Source: Ostreococcus lucimarinus
Taxonomy: Eukaryota
Length of the DNA stretch: 64,000 nt
Assembly (NCBI GenBank): GCA_000092065.1
Contig: CP000587.1
Strand: one strand, 5' to 3'
In this document: positions 50,646-60,690 of the stretch, one piece after another
Position numbering within the stretch: position 1 is the first letter of the stretch
Layout of the letters: each line of letters opens with the position of its first letter
Position numbers and translations under genes: made by a program
The notes under the pieces: model-generated
The model's database searches: none
What the model saw: the letters and a program-made list of their open reading frames with translations, nothing else
What the model was told of the DNA's origin: nothing

Positions 50646-52130
50646 CTAGGATGGTTTACGATCCATCAAGCCCCCACCCCACGCATCAGGAGACCAATCT
50701 GCGAGATTATCCGGCGGTACAAGAGTTCCCGCGCCTCCACCAATCAAACATCTCACCGCTTCGCTCTTCGTCACAGCGTAATGAAAGCGCGCGCTAAACC
50801 AATCCGCGAGGTGAGACTTCATCGTGTGTTTCGTCTCATCACAGGGTGCAGCGGCGTCTAACAAACGTTCTGTCGCTGCTTCCCACGTTAAACGATGGAT
50901 TTCATCATCCGTCATCGGTTTTGGCGTCGACGTTGTGACTTCTCTAATGCACTTTGCAAACTCATCCATATTGGAATACGTGCGACAATTTGGAAACGTG
51001 GCAAAGAACGCGTTGCTCGGATGTTCTGCGCACACGACGAATTTGCCCATCGCCAACGCCTCCGCGGACGTCGTCGCGACGACGTCAGACAGTGATGGAT
51101 TAATGAATACCTTGTAATCGAGAATTTTCTCATTCGCGTGATCCAGACGACCGAGCAAGCTCAGCGGCAGAGCCTTCTCAGCTACAGCTGCTTTCACGTC
51201 GGCAAAATCATCACCATCACCGTATACGTCCATTTCCAAGCGTTCTTTTGCACTTTTAGCGTACTTTTCGTTGAAATCGCCCACCACGTGCATCAACTCT
51301 GAGTATCCTTTCGCCCAAACGCACTTTCCGATGAAATACGCCCCGCGACTAAACGCCCCGCTGCCTTCCTTCTTGATTCGTTTCGCCTTCTCTCTACCAG
51401 CATCGATGAATCCATTTGACACACCGTGCACGTTTTGCGTGATCGACCGCGCAAACTCTTGTACCGCGTCCGACAATTTGATGACCTTGTGTGTGTGGCA
51501 TCGCGCCGTCAAATGATTAATCCAACGCAGTATCTGCTCCTTACGTTCACCATCCTCCTCTCGTCGCGCGTATTCCAAGTAATTTGTGTGAATGATTCCA
51601 ACCACATGCTTAAACCGCGACGTCCACCGCGCTCCGGGGTGATACCAGCACAAATGCTCCGGCTCCTCGAGTATCGCCACGTCTCTGCTCGCCTTCGGCA
51701 CGCGCAACGTGATATCCCCCACGGGCACGATGCTTCCCTTGTCCGTCGCGTACCTTCCCGGATACCACGCGATCAAAATTTTTGGCGCGAATCCCACGCG
51801 TTTTTTGGTCCAGTCCATGATGTACGCCTCTTGTTCGCTCGGCGTCTTGAACTCGACGCGCTTTGGGTAGACGATCCTCTGATCCTTTCTCGCCAACCAC
51901 GGTACTAAGAGCGTCACCTCGCGCGTGGTGTCTCCGTTCGCCAGATACACCGCTCGGAGCAACGGATTAACGCTCGTCCCCGTCATCCACGGCAGCGCGG
52001 CGGTGGTGACGATGACGAATTTACGTCCGGGCGCGCGCAGGTCCTTGGGGTTCGTTCGCGAGCGTTTCTTCGCTCGACGCTCGTTGAGATCGCCGAGCGA
52101 ACCGCGGCTGAACATGCGCTTGAGGACCAT
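50646..52130 (-). CDS. digalactosyldiacylglycerol synthase (DGD1/DGD2-like GT4 glycosyltransferase)
   Basis: VIVTTAALPWMTGTSVNPLLRAVYLA signature and a GT4 C-terminal domain. ATG verified at 52128-52130. Confidence 0.75.
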   Translation of the reverse strand: MVLKRMFSRGSLGDLNERRAKKRSRTNPKDLRAPGRKFVIVTTAALPWMTGTSVNPLLRAVYLANGDTTREVTLLVPWLARKDQRIVYPKRVEFKTPSEQEAYIMDWTKKRVGFAPKILIAWYPGRYATDKGSIVPVGDITLRVPKASRDVAILEEPEHLCWYHPGARWTSRFKHVVGIIHTNYLEYARREEDGERKEQILRWINHLTARCHTHKVIKLSDAVQEFARSITQNVHGVSNGFIDAGREKAKRIKKEGSGAFSRGAYFIGKCVWAKGYSELMHVVGDFNEKYAKSAKERLEMDVYGDGDDFADVKAAVAEKALPLSLLGRLDHANEKILDYKVFINPSLSDVVATTSAEALAMGKFVVCAEHPSNAFFATFPNCRTYSNMDEFAKCIREVTTSTPKPMTDDEIHRLTWEAATERLLDAAAPCDETKHTMKSHLADWFSARFHYAVTKSEAVRCLIGGGAGTLVPPDNLADWSPDAWGGGLMDRKPS

Positions 52131-52351
52131 TTTTATGCGCGTTCGTATTCCGCGCGCGCGCGCGCGATCGGGTCGCGCGCGGTAGAATGACGACCGACCG
52201 CTCCAACTGTCTTTCGAAACGCGAGTCGGCGAGTCAGACGCGGACGCGAGCGGGACGCCAGCGAGTGGTTTACAGTGTAAGCGGTTACACAGCGATTACA
52301 TCGTCGAGCTAAGGTGAGTTGTCATACTCGCGGGCTAGTGCGATGGAGCGA

Positions 52352-54283
52352 TCACGGGGGGAGCTGCTGCCAGGCGTGGGTGAGCCACTTGGTGACCTCG
52401 TTCGCCAACGCCTGCTCGCGAATCGATTTTTGTCGCGCGCGGTCTGGGTGAAACTTTAACATCGCCTGGCGGTAGCTCTTTTGGAGCAAACGCTTGGTTG
52501 ATCGACCGTGTTGGTCGATGCTCACGCCGCAGCGGTAGAGGAACAGACGGAGGTCCGCGTGCATGGCCCAGATGGAGACTTGATGGACGGCTGCACGTTT
52601 GGCGTGATCCTCCTCTTCGCTCGCCTTCTTTGCTCTTTGTTTCGCTTCGACCGCCGCACGCTCTTCATCGCGCTTACGCTTCTTCTCGTTGAAGGCGGCT
52701 TGACCGGTGTCGCGCTTTTTCGTGAGCGCGTTGACGTAATCCTCTCGTTCGACGAGTGTCGAGACGTCGATACCCACATCCGTCGCGCACCTTCGCAGGT
52801 CCTTGATAGACATTTTCGTGGGATCAACACTGAGCAAAGTGTCCCATGCCTCGCACTCCGCATCAAAACGACTTTTCGTCGCCGCACTCGCGGTCGGTTC
52901 CTCAGGTTTTTGTCTCTGCTTCGACATCGGCGACGCCGCCGGCGACGCTGAGGCGTCGGCGCCTGTTCGCAATCCCTCGCACCGTTCCACTGTGCGGTGA
53001 AACAGTTTCAACGCATGTTGATACGAACTACGCGCTGCGGCGGCGGCGAATTGACTTTGCTGGTACTTCCCCGCGACCATTTGCAAGTTATCTTTGTGCC
53101 ATTGGCGGAGCGCGTAATCTGCTCCTCCGCGCATCGTGCGTTGGAAATCGAGCTGGCACTGCGCGAGTGTTTGTCGCATCGCCACCTCCGTGTTCAGCGC
53201 GGAGACGAGTTGTCTATGCGCTTGTTTCAGCGCAGTTCTCGCGTTTTGCAACTCCGTAGGATCGTCGGGTAATCCCTCCGGTGGACACGGCGGTATTCGC
53301 GCCGCCTCCGCTTGTTGGCGAGCCTCCTCGCGTCCCTGTTGCCCCCCCCACATGGACGGCTCTTCGCGGCGAGGCGGTTCGGCGTAGTCGTGCGGACACG
53401 TCTCCGCTTCGCGCGGAGGAAGGTTCGGCTTACCGTACCCTCGGGCTCGAGCCCAATTGATCGGGCAGTCCTTGTTCGATCGCGACTGTCTCGCCGCCTG
53501 CGAAGACGACGCCGTCGCCGGGCTCCCCTCTTCGCGTCGCCGCTTAGCGTGCGTCCAATCGTCATTCTCTACCTCGATGACATCGTCTTCTACCTCGTCG
53601 CCGTCTTCGTCGTCGACGTTCTCGTCCTTTGCGCTCGCCTCGGGCGCGCTCGCCTTTCTCGCGTTCCTCGCGCTTCGCCTCGTTCCCTCGCTCGTCGTCG
53701 TCGTCGTCGTCGACGACGGCGACGTCTTCCCGTGCACGCTACTCTCACGTCGCGTCTTTCTCGTCGCCGCCGCCGCCGCCTCCTCCGCTCGTTCGTTCGC
53801 CCCGTCTTCTCGCCGCCGTCTCGGCGTCCCGCTCGCGTCCTCCTCGCTCGCGATATCGATCACCTCCGCCGCTCCGCGTCCTCCTCCCGCCCCTTTCGCG
53901 CCGTCGTCCTCGCCTCCGCCGTCCCCGACGTCCAACACGTACCCGAACCTCGTCCCTCGCGCCTTGCTCCACGCGAAAAACAGCACCTCGCCTCGCTTCA
54001 GAAACGCCTTCGCCCGCGGCTTCAGCATCCGCAGCGCGCCGAATTTATCCTGCACGAACACCTCGCTCGCCGCCGTCCTGAGCTCGATCGCGCACTCCGG
54101 CGTCGTCACCAGCGCGACGGTCACGATGTGTCTCGGCAGCGTCGGGTCCGCGAATCCCAGCGCGCGCGCGTCGTTCAGTAATTCTTTCGGCGTCCCGAGA
54201 GGGTCGATGTCGATCCTCTTCGCCCCGCGCGGCGCCTGCACCGGTCGCAGGCTCGCGCGCGTCGCATCGCTCGTCGCGCGCAT
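52352..54283 (-). CDS. hypothetical nuclear-type protein with SAP motif and C-terminal J-domain (HPD)
   Basis: SAP-like MSIKDLRRCATDVGIDVSTLVEREDYVNALTKK. J-domain (LLQKSYRQAMLKFHPDR). Long acidic/Arg-rich linker. ATG verified at 54281-54283. Confidence 0.5.
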   Translation of the reverse strand: MRATSDATRASLRPVQAPRGAKRIDIDPLGTPKELLNDARALGFADPTLPRHIVTVALVTTPECAIELRTAASEVFVQDKFGALRMLKPRAKAFLKRGEVLFFAWSKARGTRFGYVLDVGDGGGEDDGAKGAGGGRGAAEVIDIASEEDASGTPRRRREDGANERAEEAAAAATRKTRRESSVHGKTSPSSTTTTTTSEGTRRSARNARKASAPEASAKDENVDDEDGDEVEDDVIEVENDDWTHAKRRREEGSPATASSSQAARQSRSNKDCPINWARARGYGKPNLPPREAETCPHDYAEPPRREEPSMWGGQQGREEARQQAEAARIPPCPPEGLPDDPTELQNARTALKQAHRQLVSALNTEVAMRQTLAQCQLDFQRTMRGGADYALRQWHKDNLQMVAGKYQQSQFAAAAARSSYQHALKLFHRTVERCEGLRTGADASASPAASPMSKQRQKPEEPTASAATKSRFDAECEAWDTLLSVDPTKMSIKDLRRCATDVGIDVSTLVEREDYVNALTKKRDTGQAAFNEKKRKRDEERAAVEAKQRAKKASEEEDHAKRAAVHQVSIWAMHADLRLFLYRCGVSIDQHGRSTKRLLQKSYRQAMLKFHPDRARQKSIREQALANEVTKWLTHAWQQLPP

Positions 54284-54393
54284 CGCGCGCTATCGCGCCA
54301 TCGCGTCGCGCCGCGCGCGCGTCGAGGTGTGCGGCGCGCCGGCGCGGAAAAGCGCCGCATTGCGGGACGCGCGTCGCATCGAATTCGTCGTCG

Positions 54394-55752
54394 ATGATGT
54401 CTTCGGCGCGCGCGCCTCGCGCGGGCGCGCGCGCGACGGGCCGCGGACGACGCGCGCGCGCGACGGCGGCGACGGCGGCGCGGCGCGCGACGTCCGCGGC
54501 GGCGCGCGGCGCGACGGGACGACGCGCGATCGGATCGGTGACGCGCGCGTCGGCGGCGGCGACGCGCGACGCGACGGCGGACTCGCGCGTGCCGGTGACG
54601 ATCCTCACCGGGTTCCTCGGCAGCGGGAAGACGACGCTGCTGAATCACGTGCTGAAGGCGGAACACGGGAAACGAATCGTGGTGATCGAGAATGAATTCG
54701 GCGAGGTGGACATCGACGGCGAACTCGTGGCGTTTCGCGAGAGCGGGGACGAGGACATCATGCTGCTGAACAACGGATGCCTGTGCTGCACGGTGAGGAG
54801 TGATTTGGTGGAGATGCTGATGAGACTGGTGAAGGAGAAGAAGGGAATGTTCGATCACATTCTCATCGAGACGACGGGGTTGGCGAACCCGGCGCCGATT
54901 ATTCAGACGTTTTATTTGGAGCCGGCGCTGTTGGATTCGTTGAGGTTGGACGGGGTCGTCACGCTCGTCGACGCGAAGCACGCGGAGCTGCATTTGGATG
55001 AAGTGAAACCGGCGGGGGTGGTGAACGAATCGCTGGAGCAGGTGGCGTTCGCGGATCGAATCGTCTTGAATAAGACTGATTTGGTGACGGACGCGCAAGC
55101 CAACGCGTTGGAGTATCGGTTACGGACGATTAACGACTTGGCGAAGATCGGTCGAGCGTCGATGGCTAAGGTAGATTTGGACTTCGTGCTCGGCGTCGGT
55201 GGGTTCGATTTAGAGCGCGTGCAAGATCAAGTCTTACCCGACGAACCGAAAAAGACAGAGGCGCATGATCACGGCCACTCGCACGCCGCCGGCGAGGAAT
55301 CGTGCGAAAAGTGCGATCACGACGACGGCCACAGCCACTCGCACGGCGAAGAGCATTCCCACTCACACGCGCACTCTCACGGTGTCGAAGCGGACGCCGA
55401 TTGCGAGGTTTGCGGTGAACACGGCCATTCGCACTCGCACCACGTGCACGACGACGCCGTCGGAAGCGTCTCCCTCTCCCTCGACGGTGACCTCGATCTC
55501 GATCTCGTCAACGATTGGCTCGGTTTACTCTTAAACGAGCGTTGGGAAGACTTATACCGCATGAAGGGCGTCCTCGCCATTCAAGGTTGCGACGAGCGTT
55601 ACGTCTTCCAGGGCGTCCACGCGTTATTCGAGGGCATGCCCGACCGCGCGTGGAAAGCCGACGAGACGCGTTCGTCCAAGCTCGTCTTCATCGGCAAAGA
55701 TCTCGACCGCGCCGAGTTACAGCGCGACTTCGAGGCGTGTCTCAGCCGTTAA
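54394..55752 (+). CDS. COG0523/CobW-family GTPase metallochaperone (ZNG1-like) with His-rich insert and N-terminal targeting peptide
   Basis: GFLGSGKTTLLNHVL P-loop, GCLCCTV CxCC motif, HxHSH-type His-rich block. ATG at 54394. Confidence 0.8.
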   Translation: MMSSARAPRAGARATGRGRRARATAATAARRATSAAARGATGRRAIGSVTRASAAATRDATADSRVPVTILTGFLGSGKTTLLNHVLKAEHGKRIVVIENEFGEVDIDGELVAFRESGDEDIMLLNNGCLCCTVRSDLVEMLMRLVKEKKGMFDHILIETTGLANPAPIIQTFYLEPALLDSLRLDGVVTLVDAKHAELHLDEVKPAGVVNESLEQVAFADRIVLNKTDLVTDAQANALEYRLRTINDLAKIGRASMAKVDLDFVLGVGGFDLERVQDQVLPDEPKKTEAHDHGHSHAAGEESCEKCDHDDGHSHSHGEEHSHSHAHSHGVEADADCEVCGEHGHSHSHHVHDDAVGSVSLSLDGDLDLDLVNDWLGLLLNERWEDLYRMKGVLAIQGCDERYVFQGVHALFEGMPDRAWKADETRSSKLVFIGKDLDRAELQRDFEACLSR

Positions 55753-55881
55753 TCCCACATTTTTTCCCACCGCCTCGCATCGCGCGCTCGTTCATTTATA
55801 ATATCCATCCGAGACGCCCGCGCGCTCGCGCTCGCCCGCGCGATCGATCCAACATCCGTCGTCATTCTCAGACTCCAGACC

Positions 55882-57048
55882 ATGTTCGCCTCGCGCGCGC
55901 GCTCGATCGCGCGCGCGTTCACCCGCGCGCGCGCGCTCATCGCGCTCGCGTGCGTCGCGCGCGTCGCGCTCGCGCGCGCCGACGAAACGGCGCAAGATGT
56001 CGACGCGCACGCGACGTGGCTCCGACGCGAATTGCCGCGGTATCGCGCGCGCGCGGCGTCGTGCGTCGCGTGCCAGCGCGTGCTCGCGCACTTTGACGAA
56101 CACCTCGTGCTCGCGCTTCAAGACATCACGAACGCGGAGCGACGGAAGGCGACGAGCGCGACGGGGGAAAGGCGATTCGACGCGGCGCGGTACGGCGCGT
56201 ACGAGAGCGTCATCGAAGAGGCGGTGCCGCGAGCGTGCGCGACGACGAGCGTGGCGTTGAATCGAACGCTGCGCGTCGCGTGCGAGAGGATGATCGAAAG
56301 AAGCGAGGATGAGGTGGTGAAGTTGTATTACGAGGTCGGGAAGGCTATGGAAAGAGGAGAGAAGGAAGCGGATTTGGGGGAGGCGCTGTGCGGGGCGAAC
56401 GGCGCGATGGGCGGCGCGTGCGAGGACGCGGAGACGGCGGCGTGGACGGTGTCGGAGTTGGAGGCGCTGGAGACGGCGGCGATGAAGGTTTCGAGGGAAG
56501 ACTTGAATCCGTGGGACACCGCGCCGGGACACGAGGGCGAGTTCCTGAGCGAGCCCGAGTACGCGGCGCCGAAGAAGGGGGAGGTGGCCAGAATCGTTGC
56601 GTCGGATTTTTATAAGCGCATCATTTTGGAGAGAGACATCGACGCGGTGGTGTACTTTTCGTATCCGACGAAGGCCAAGGAGTTTCACGAGGCGTATGAG
56701 CAGACGCACGCGCTTCTCGCCGAAGTCCTGGAGGATGCGAAAGATTTGATCATCGCCCAAATAGACGTCGAGAAGAACGACGTGCCACCTCCGTACGCCG
56801 ACATGGCGACGACGCCGTGCGTGCTGTTGTACCGGGCGAAAAAGAAGGAGAACCCGAGATGGGTCCCCTTGCGCACGGAGGCGGGAGAGTACATCACGGG
56901 CGAGTCTGCGCCCACACTCGCAGACGTGTTGACCATGGTGAGCAAGAACGCAAAAACAAAGAAGACAAAACGCGAAGCCGACAAAGCCTTGGTCGAGGCC
57001 TCGGCGGAGGAATTGCACTCGAATCGCGCGAAGGATGATGAACTGTAG
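55882..57048 (+). CDS. ER-lumenal ERp29-like thioredoxin-fold chaperone with signal peptide and C-terminal KDDEL retrieval signal
   Basis: Signal peptide. ERp29-like b-type Trx fold without CxxC (VVYFSYPTKAKEFHEAYEQ). Ends ...AKDDEL. Confidence 0.55.
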   Translation: MFASRARSIARAFTRARALIALACVARVALARADETAQDVDAHATWLRRELPRYRARAASCVACQRVLAHFDEHLVLALQDITNAERRKATSATGERRFDAARYGAYESVIEEAVPRACATTSVALNRTLRVACERMIERSEDEVVKLYYEVGKAMERGEKEADLGEALCGANGAMGGACEDAETAAWTVSELEALETAAMKVSREDLNPWDTAPGHEGEFLSEPEYAAPKKGEVARIVASDFYKRIILERDIDAVVYFSYPTKAKEFHEAYEQTHALLAEVLEDAKDLIIAQIDVEKNDVPPPYADMATTPCVLLYRAKKKENPRWVPLRTEAGEYITGESAPTLADVLTMVSKNAKTKKTKREADKALVEASAEELHSNRAKDDEL

Positions 57049-57402
57049 AACTGTATTTTAATTGCATACATGTGCTGGCGGTGTGTAGCCGCGTTCAAGC
57101 AAGAACGGTAGGATGAACTCGCAAAACGTGTTCCATGTCGTGGAAGTCGAAATCGATTGTCCGCGCGAGATTCCCGTCGTGTCGGCAGCGTACGTGATGG
57201 AAGATTCGACCAACGCACGTCTTGGCTCGTTGGTCGCCGCGTGTGCGAGCGTGCAAAGCGCACAAATTACGGCGAGTCTTAATTGCAATTGCGTGGACAT
57301 GAAACGCGCGCGTGGAATTGAGACCTGGCCTCGGCGCCCCAAACATTCACATGACGTTCGTTTGCGCGATAGTTTGGATCAATTGACAAATTATTTTAAT
57401 GT

Positions 57403-58497
57403 TTAAACAAGCGCCGATGCACGGCACTGCGCGTGCGCGTTTAATGCAGTTTGAGCCTGCTCAACCTCGGCTCGTGAACGAACGCTATGTGCCCATTCGG
57501 TGACGGAAGTCGCCGCTTTCGTACCCTCCGCGGCGCTCGCAAGCGACTTCGCCGCGTGCATCAATTCTCCGTTTGCTAAGTGAGTTTCCGCCTTGGCGAT
57601 GGCGCCTTCAATACCCTGCGCGCCTTCGTCGGATGTATCCTTCACGCGAAGCAGTGAAGCGGCGTACGCTAAACCGTGCGCTAACATACCGCCACCGTCT
57701 TGCGGAACCAACGACAACTTTCTCGCCGTGTCCCGAACGCGTTCCAGCTGTTCCGCCAATTGCAAGCGCGTGGGAACGCCTCGCTTTGCCATATCTTGAT
57801 CCAAGCCTTGAATGATGGTGGCGATGAACGGATCCTTTTTTGCGCACGTGTTGAGCAGCGCTAGTGCGTCTTCGAAGGCTTCGCCGTTCTCCACGCGAGA
57901 TCCGAAATCCATGACGGCGAGCTCAAAGCTTTGCACTGCGTGCGCTCGCTCGAGCGCTTCGCGGCGCTTCGTCAGCACTTGTCTCAAAGCTCCCATGCGG
58001 ATGCGCTCTTCATCTAGCGCCTTGATTCGCTCGATGCGTTCAGCGACCAGAAAGTCTGCGTGCTCTGCTTTCAATTTTTTCTCTTGCGTCTTCAGAGCGC
58101 GTTCTTTATCGACGACGGCGCGCTCCTTTTCTCTTTCGAGTTGACGAGAGGCGTCCTCGGCGCGCTGCTCCAAGACGTTGATCGCAGCGATGAGCTCGTC
58201 CGTAACCGATCGCTCGGCACTGACGACAGTTTCGAAGTTTTGAACCATCGACGAGGATAACTCGCTGAAAATTTTCATGTCGGATTCGGATTGAACCTTC
58301 ATGCCGTCCCTTAACGCCGCCTTTTCGTCGTCGCTCAGAGTTTCTCCGAGTGTTTTGACGGCTTCTTCGAGCAGCCGCGCCGCGCTCAGAGATTTCGAAG
58401 CGTTCATAATGCTGACATTTTCTCGCGCGGGCGGTTTCGGTACGTTCACTTTCGCGAGCACTTCAGGTTCCTTTTGATCCGGTTCGTCTTGCGGCAC
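57403..58497 (-). CDS. MIC60: Mic60/mitofilin (MICOS subunit), exon 2 encoding coiled coil and conserved C-terminal mitofilin domain
   Basis: C-terminal mitofilin signature (RLQLAEQLERVRDTARKLSLVPQDGGGMLAHGLAYAASLL). The first codon of ORF 57403..58497 is GTG immediately after ...cgctcgcag on the minus strand. Confidence 0.7.
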   Translation of the reverse strand: MPQDEPDQKEPEVLAKVNVPKPPARENVSIMNASKSLSAARLLEEAVKTLGETLSDDEKAALRDGMKVQSESDMKIFSELSSSMVQNFETVVSAERSVTDELIAAINVLEQRAEDASRQLEREKERAVVDKERALKTQEKKLKAEHADFLVAERIERIKALDEERIRMGALRQVLTKRREALERAHAVQSFELAVMDFGSRVENGEAFEDALALLNTCAKKDPFIATIIQGLDQDMAKRGVPTRLQLAEQLERVRDTARKLSLVPQDGGGMLAHGLAYAASLLRVKDTSDEGAQGIEGAIAKAETHLANGELMHAAKSLASAAEGTKAATSVTEWAHSVRSRAEVEQAQTALNAHAQCRASALV

Positions 58498-58762
58498 CTG
58501 CGAGCGAAAGACGCGCCGTCAGTACGAGTAAATCTTCGAGTTAATTGCGAATGAAAGATGTCGGCTGGCTCACAGGAACGAGGCGAGGTAAAGCCACGAG
58601 CCTTAGAACTCCAGCGGCGCTTGACGCGCGGTTTGCATGCGTGCGCGCCAAGCTAGCATTTAATGTTGGCCCTTGATAGGTCCGGCGCGGCACCGAGAAG
58701 CCGCGACAGATGAGTATAAGGCCCCGAGAATAAGCGTCACAAAAATACGAAATGTTGCGTAC

Positions 58763-59731
58763 CTCTACGTTGGCGAGGAAGTCCGCGGTCGCGCTGAACG
58801 CGTCCGACAGTTCATCTTTCGCCGTTTCTTTGCCATCCTTCTTCGACTCGGTTGTGGCTTTCTTCGAGTTCGTCAACTCTTTCGCGTCGGGCTGCTTGAC
58901 GATTTCGATTTGCACCTCGACGTCTTTCCGCGCCGCCGCCGCCTTTGGTTTCGCCCGTCGCGGCGGCGGAGGCCTATCTTCCTCGTCCACGACGCTCATG
59001 GAATACGCTAAAAGCGCCGCGATCCCAGCACCGGCGGCGGCTAGAAGCGCCGTGCGATTCGACCCGCTTTCCTCCGTCGGCGTCGCGTTCGCCGCCGCGG
59101 GCGGCGCCGTCGCCGCCGCGCCCGCCGGCTTCGATAACGGCTCCCTCAACACCGTCCCTTTCGTCGCCATCGACTTCGCCTCCGCCAACACCGATTCATG
59201 CAGCGGAAACGTCGCCGCCTTCGCGTGCGGCATCACCCTATTGCCGCTCGTCGGCGGCGGCGCCGCCGTCGCCCGCGCCCGCGCCGTCGCCCGCGCCGCC
59301 GCCGTCGCGTCCCCCATCGTCGCCTTATACGTCCTCGGATCCCCCAACACCGATTCATGCAGCGGAAATTTCTTCGCCGCCGCGTGCGGCACCGCGCGAA
59401 TCTTCCCGATCGGCGGTTTCTTCTTCCTCGACGTCTTCGCCTTCGCCGGCGCCGCGCGCGCCGTCCCCGTCCCCGTCTTCGCCTTCGCCCGCCCCTTTCC
59501 ACCGCCCCTCGCCGTCGCCGTCGCCGCGCCATCCCCCGACGTCGACTTCGTCGTCGTTTTCGTCGTTTTCGTCGCGTATCCGCGTCCGAGCGCGTCCGCG
59601 CGCGCCGCGCGCGTCGCCGACGCCGCGATCCACGCCCGCGCGGTCGTCCCCACGGACGCGCTCGCGCCGCTCCCTCGCGCCGCCATCGCGTCGAGCGCCG
59701 CCGCGCACGCGCGCGCGCGACGCGTCGTCAT
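58763..59731 (-). CDS. MIC60: Mic60/mitofilin exon 1 (mitochondrial presequence, TM anchor, Lys/Ala-rich region)
   Basis: ATG (MTTRRARACAAAL). TM helix (TALLAAAGAGIAALLAYSM). Exon ends ...ANVE directly before GTACGC. Phase-0 splice to 58497 gives a continuous 688-aa Mic60. Inferred intron 58498..58762. Confidence 0.6.
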
Positions 59732-59863
59732 CCCGCGCGCGCGCTCGGGCGTCCGCGCGCGCGACGACGCGATGCGCGACGCGCTGTGCCGTCGCGCGCG
59801 CGACGACGCGCGTCGCCGTCACTTCCGCGCGCGACCCGACGTCGCGCCGGCGACGCGCGCGCG

Positions 59864-60631
59864 ATGTCGACGCCCCGGGCGAGCGTCGCGGCGTTGACCG
59901 CGCCCGCGCGCGTCGGCGCGCGCGCCGCGAGCGCGCGCGGGCGCGACGCGACGCCGTTTCGTCGCGCCGCCGCCGCCCCGCGACGACGCGCGGCGACGGT
60001 CGTCGCCATGGCGCACCCGCGGCGCGTGCAAAAGGTCCAGCAGCAGATGCGACGAGAGATTTCGAGCATGATGCAGAGCGATAAGAACCTGCGAGCGATG
60101 ATCTCGCCCGAGGAACGCATGGGGGTGGATCACATGCTGAGCGTCATGGCGACGGTGGCGGACGTCGAGGTGAGCAACGATTTGCAAGTGGTCAAGGTGT
60201 ACGTGAGCATCCTGGGAGACGAGCGAGGGAAGAATAACGCGATAAAGGGGATGAAACGAATGGAGCAGTACGTGCGAAGGAAGATCGGACGGAGGATGAG
60301 CTTGCGGTTGACGCCGGAGATTCGGTTCATTTACGACGACTCGTTCGAGCGAGGGCAAAAGGTGAGCGCGTTGTTGGATGAGATTCGTTTGGAGAATAGG
60401 AATAAGACGGCGAAAAAGTACGGGAAGGACGCGTTGATGTCGGTGGAGGACGTGATCGCGGAACGGGGGGAAGTGGAGGATGAAGATGAGTCGGAATGGG
60501 GGATGGACGACGACGCGGTGTGGGACGAGATGCTGGACGGCGTCGAGGACGCGTTGAATGACTTTGACGACGACGACGAAGACGACGAAGACGACGAAGA
60601 CGATGAGTCCATTCGCATCATCGACGTGTAA
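59864..60631 (+). CDS. RBFA: ribosome-binding factor A (RbfA), organellar (plastid-type) with transit peptide and acidic C-terminal tail
   Basis: RbfA KH-like core (RRVQKVQQQMRREISSM...LQVVKVYVSILGD...LRLTPEIRFIYDDS). ATG at 59864. Ends with a (D/E)-rich tail. Confidence 0.8.
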   Translation: MSTPRASVAALTAPARVGARAASARGRDATPFRRAAAAPRRRAATVVAMAHPRRVQKVQQQMRREISSMMQSDKNLRAMISPEERMGVDHMLSVMATVADVEVSNDLQVVKVYVSILGDERGKNNAIKGMKRMEQYVRRKIGRRMSLRLTPEIRFIYDDSFERGQKVSALLDEIRLENRNKTAKKYGKDALMSVEDVIAERGEVEDEDESEWGMDDDAVWDEMLDGVEDALNDFDDDDEDDEDDEDDESIRIIDV

Positions 60632-60690
60632 ATTTAATTATTAGTTGAGAGACTGGTGTTTTAATTCTACTGCTATTTTTCCACTTTGCC

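Noticed and set aside
53457-54695. 412-aa plus ORF antisense to the J-domain gene and overlapping the CobW 5' region
   Set aside because: Ser/Arg/Ala low complexity. The true plus-strand gene (CobW) starts at 54394 in another frame.
58752-60084. 381-aa and 379-aa plus ORFs (and the 59198.. N-terminal extension of the RbfA ORF) antisense to Mic60 exon 1
   Set aside because: Pro/Ala/Ser/Arg-rich. Mic60 exon 1 on the minus strand has a presequence and a TM helix. RbfA is placed at its real start, 59864.
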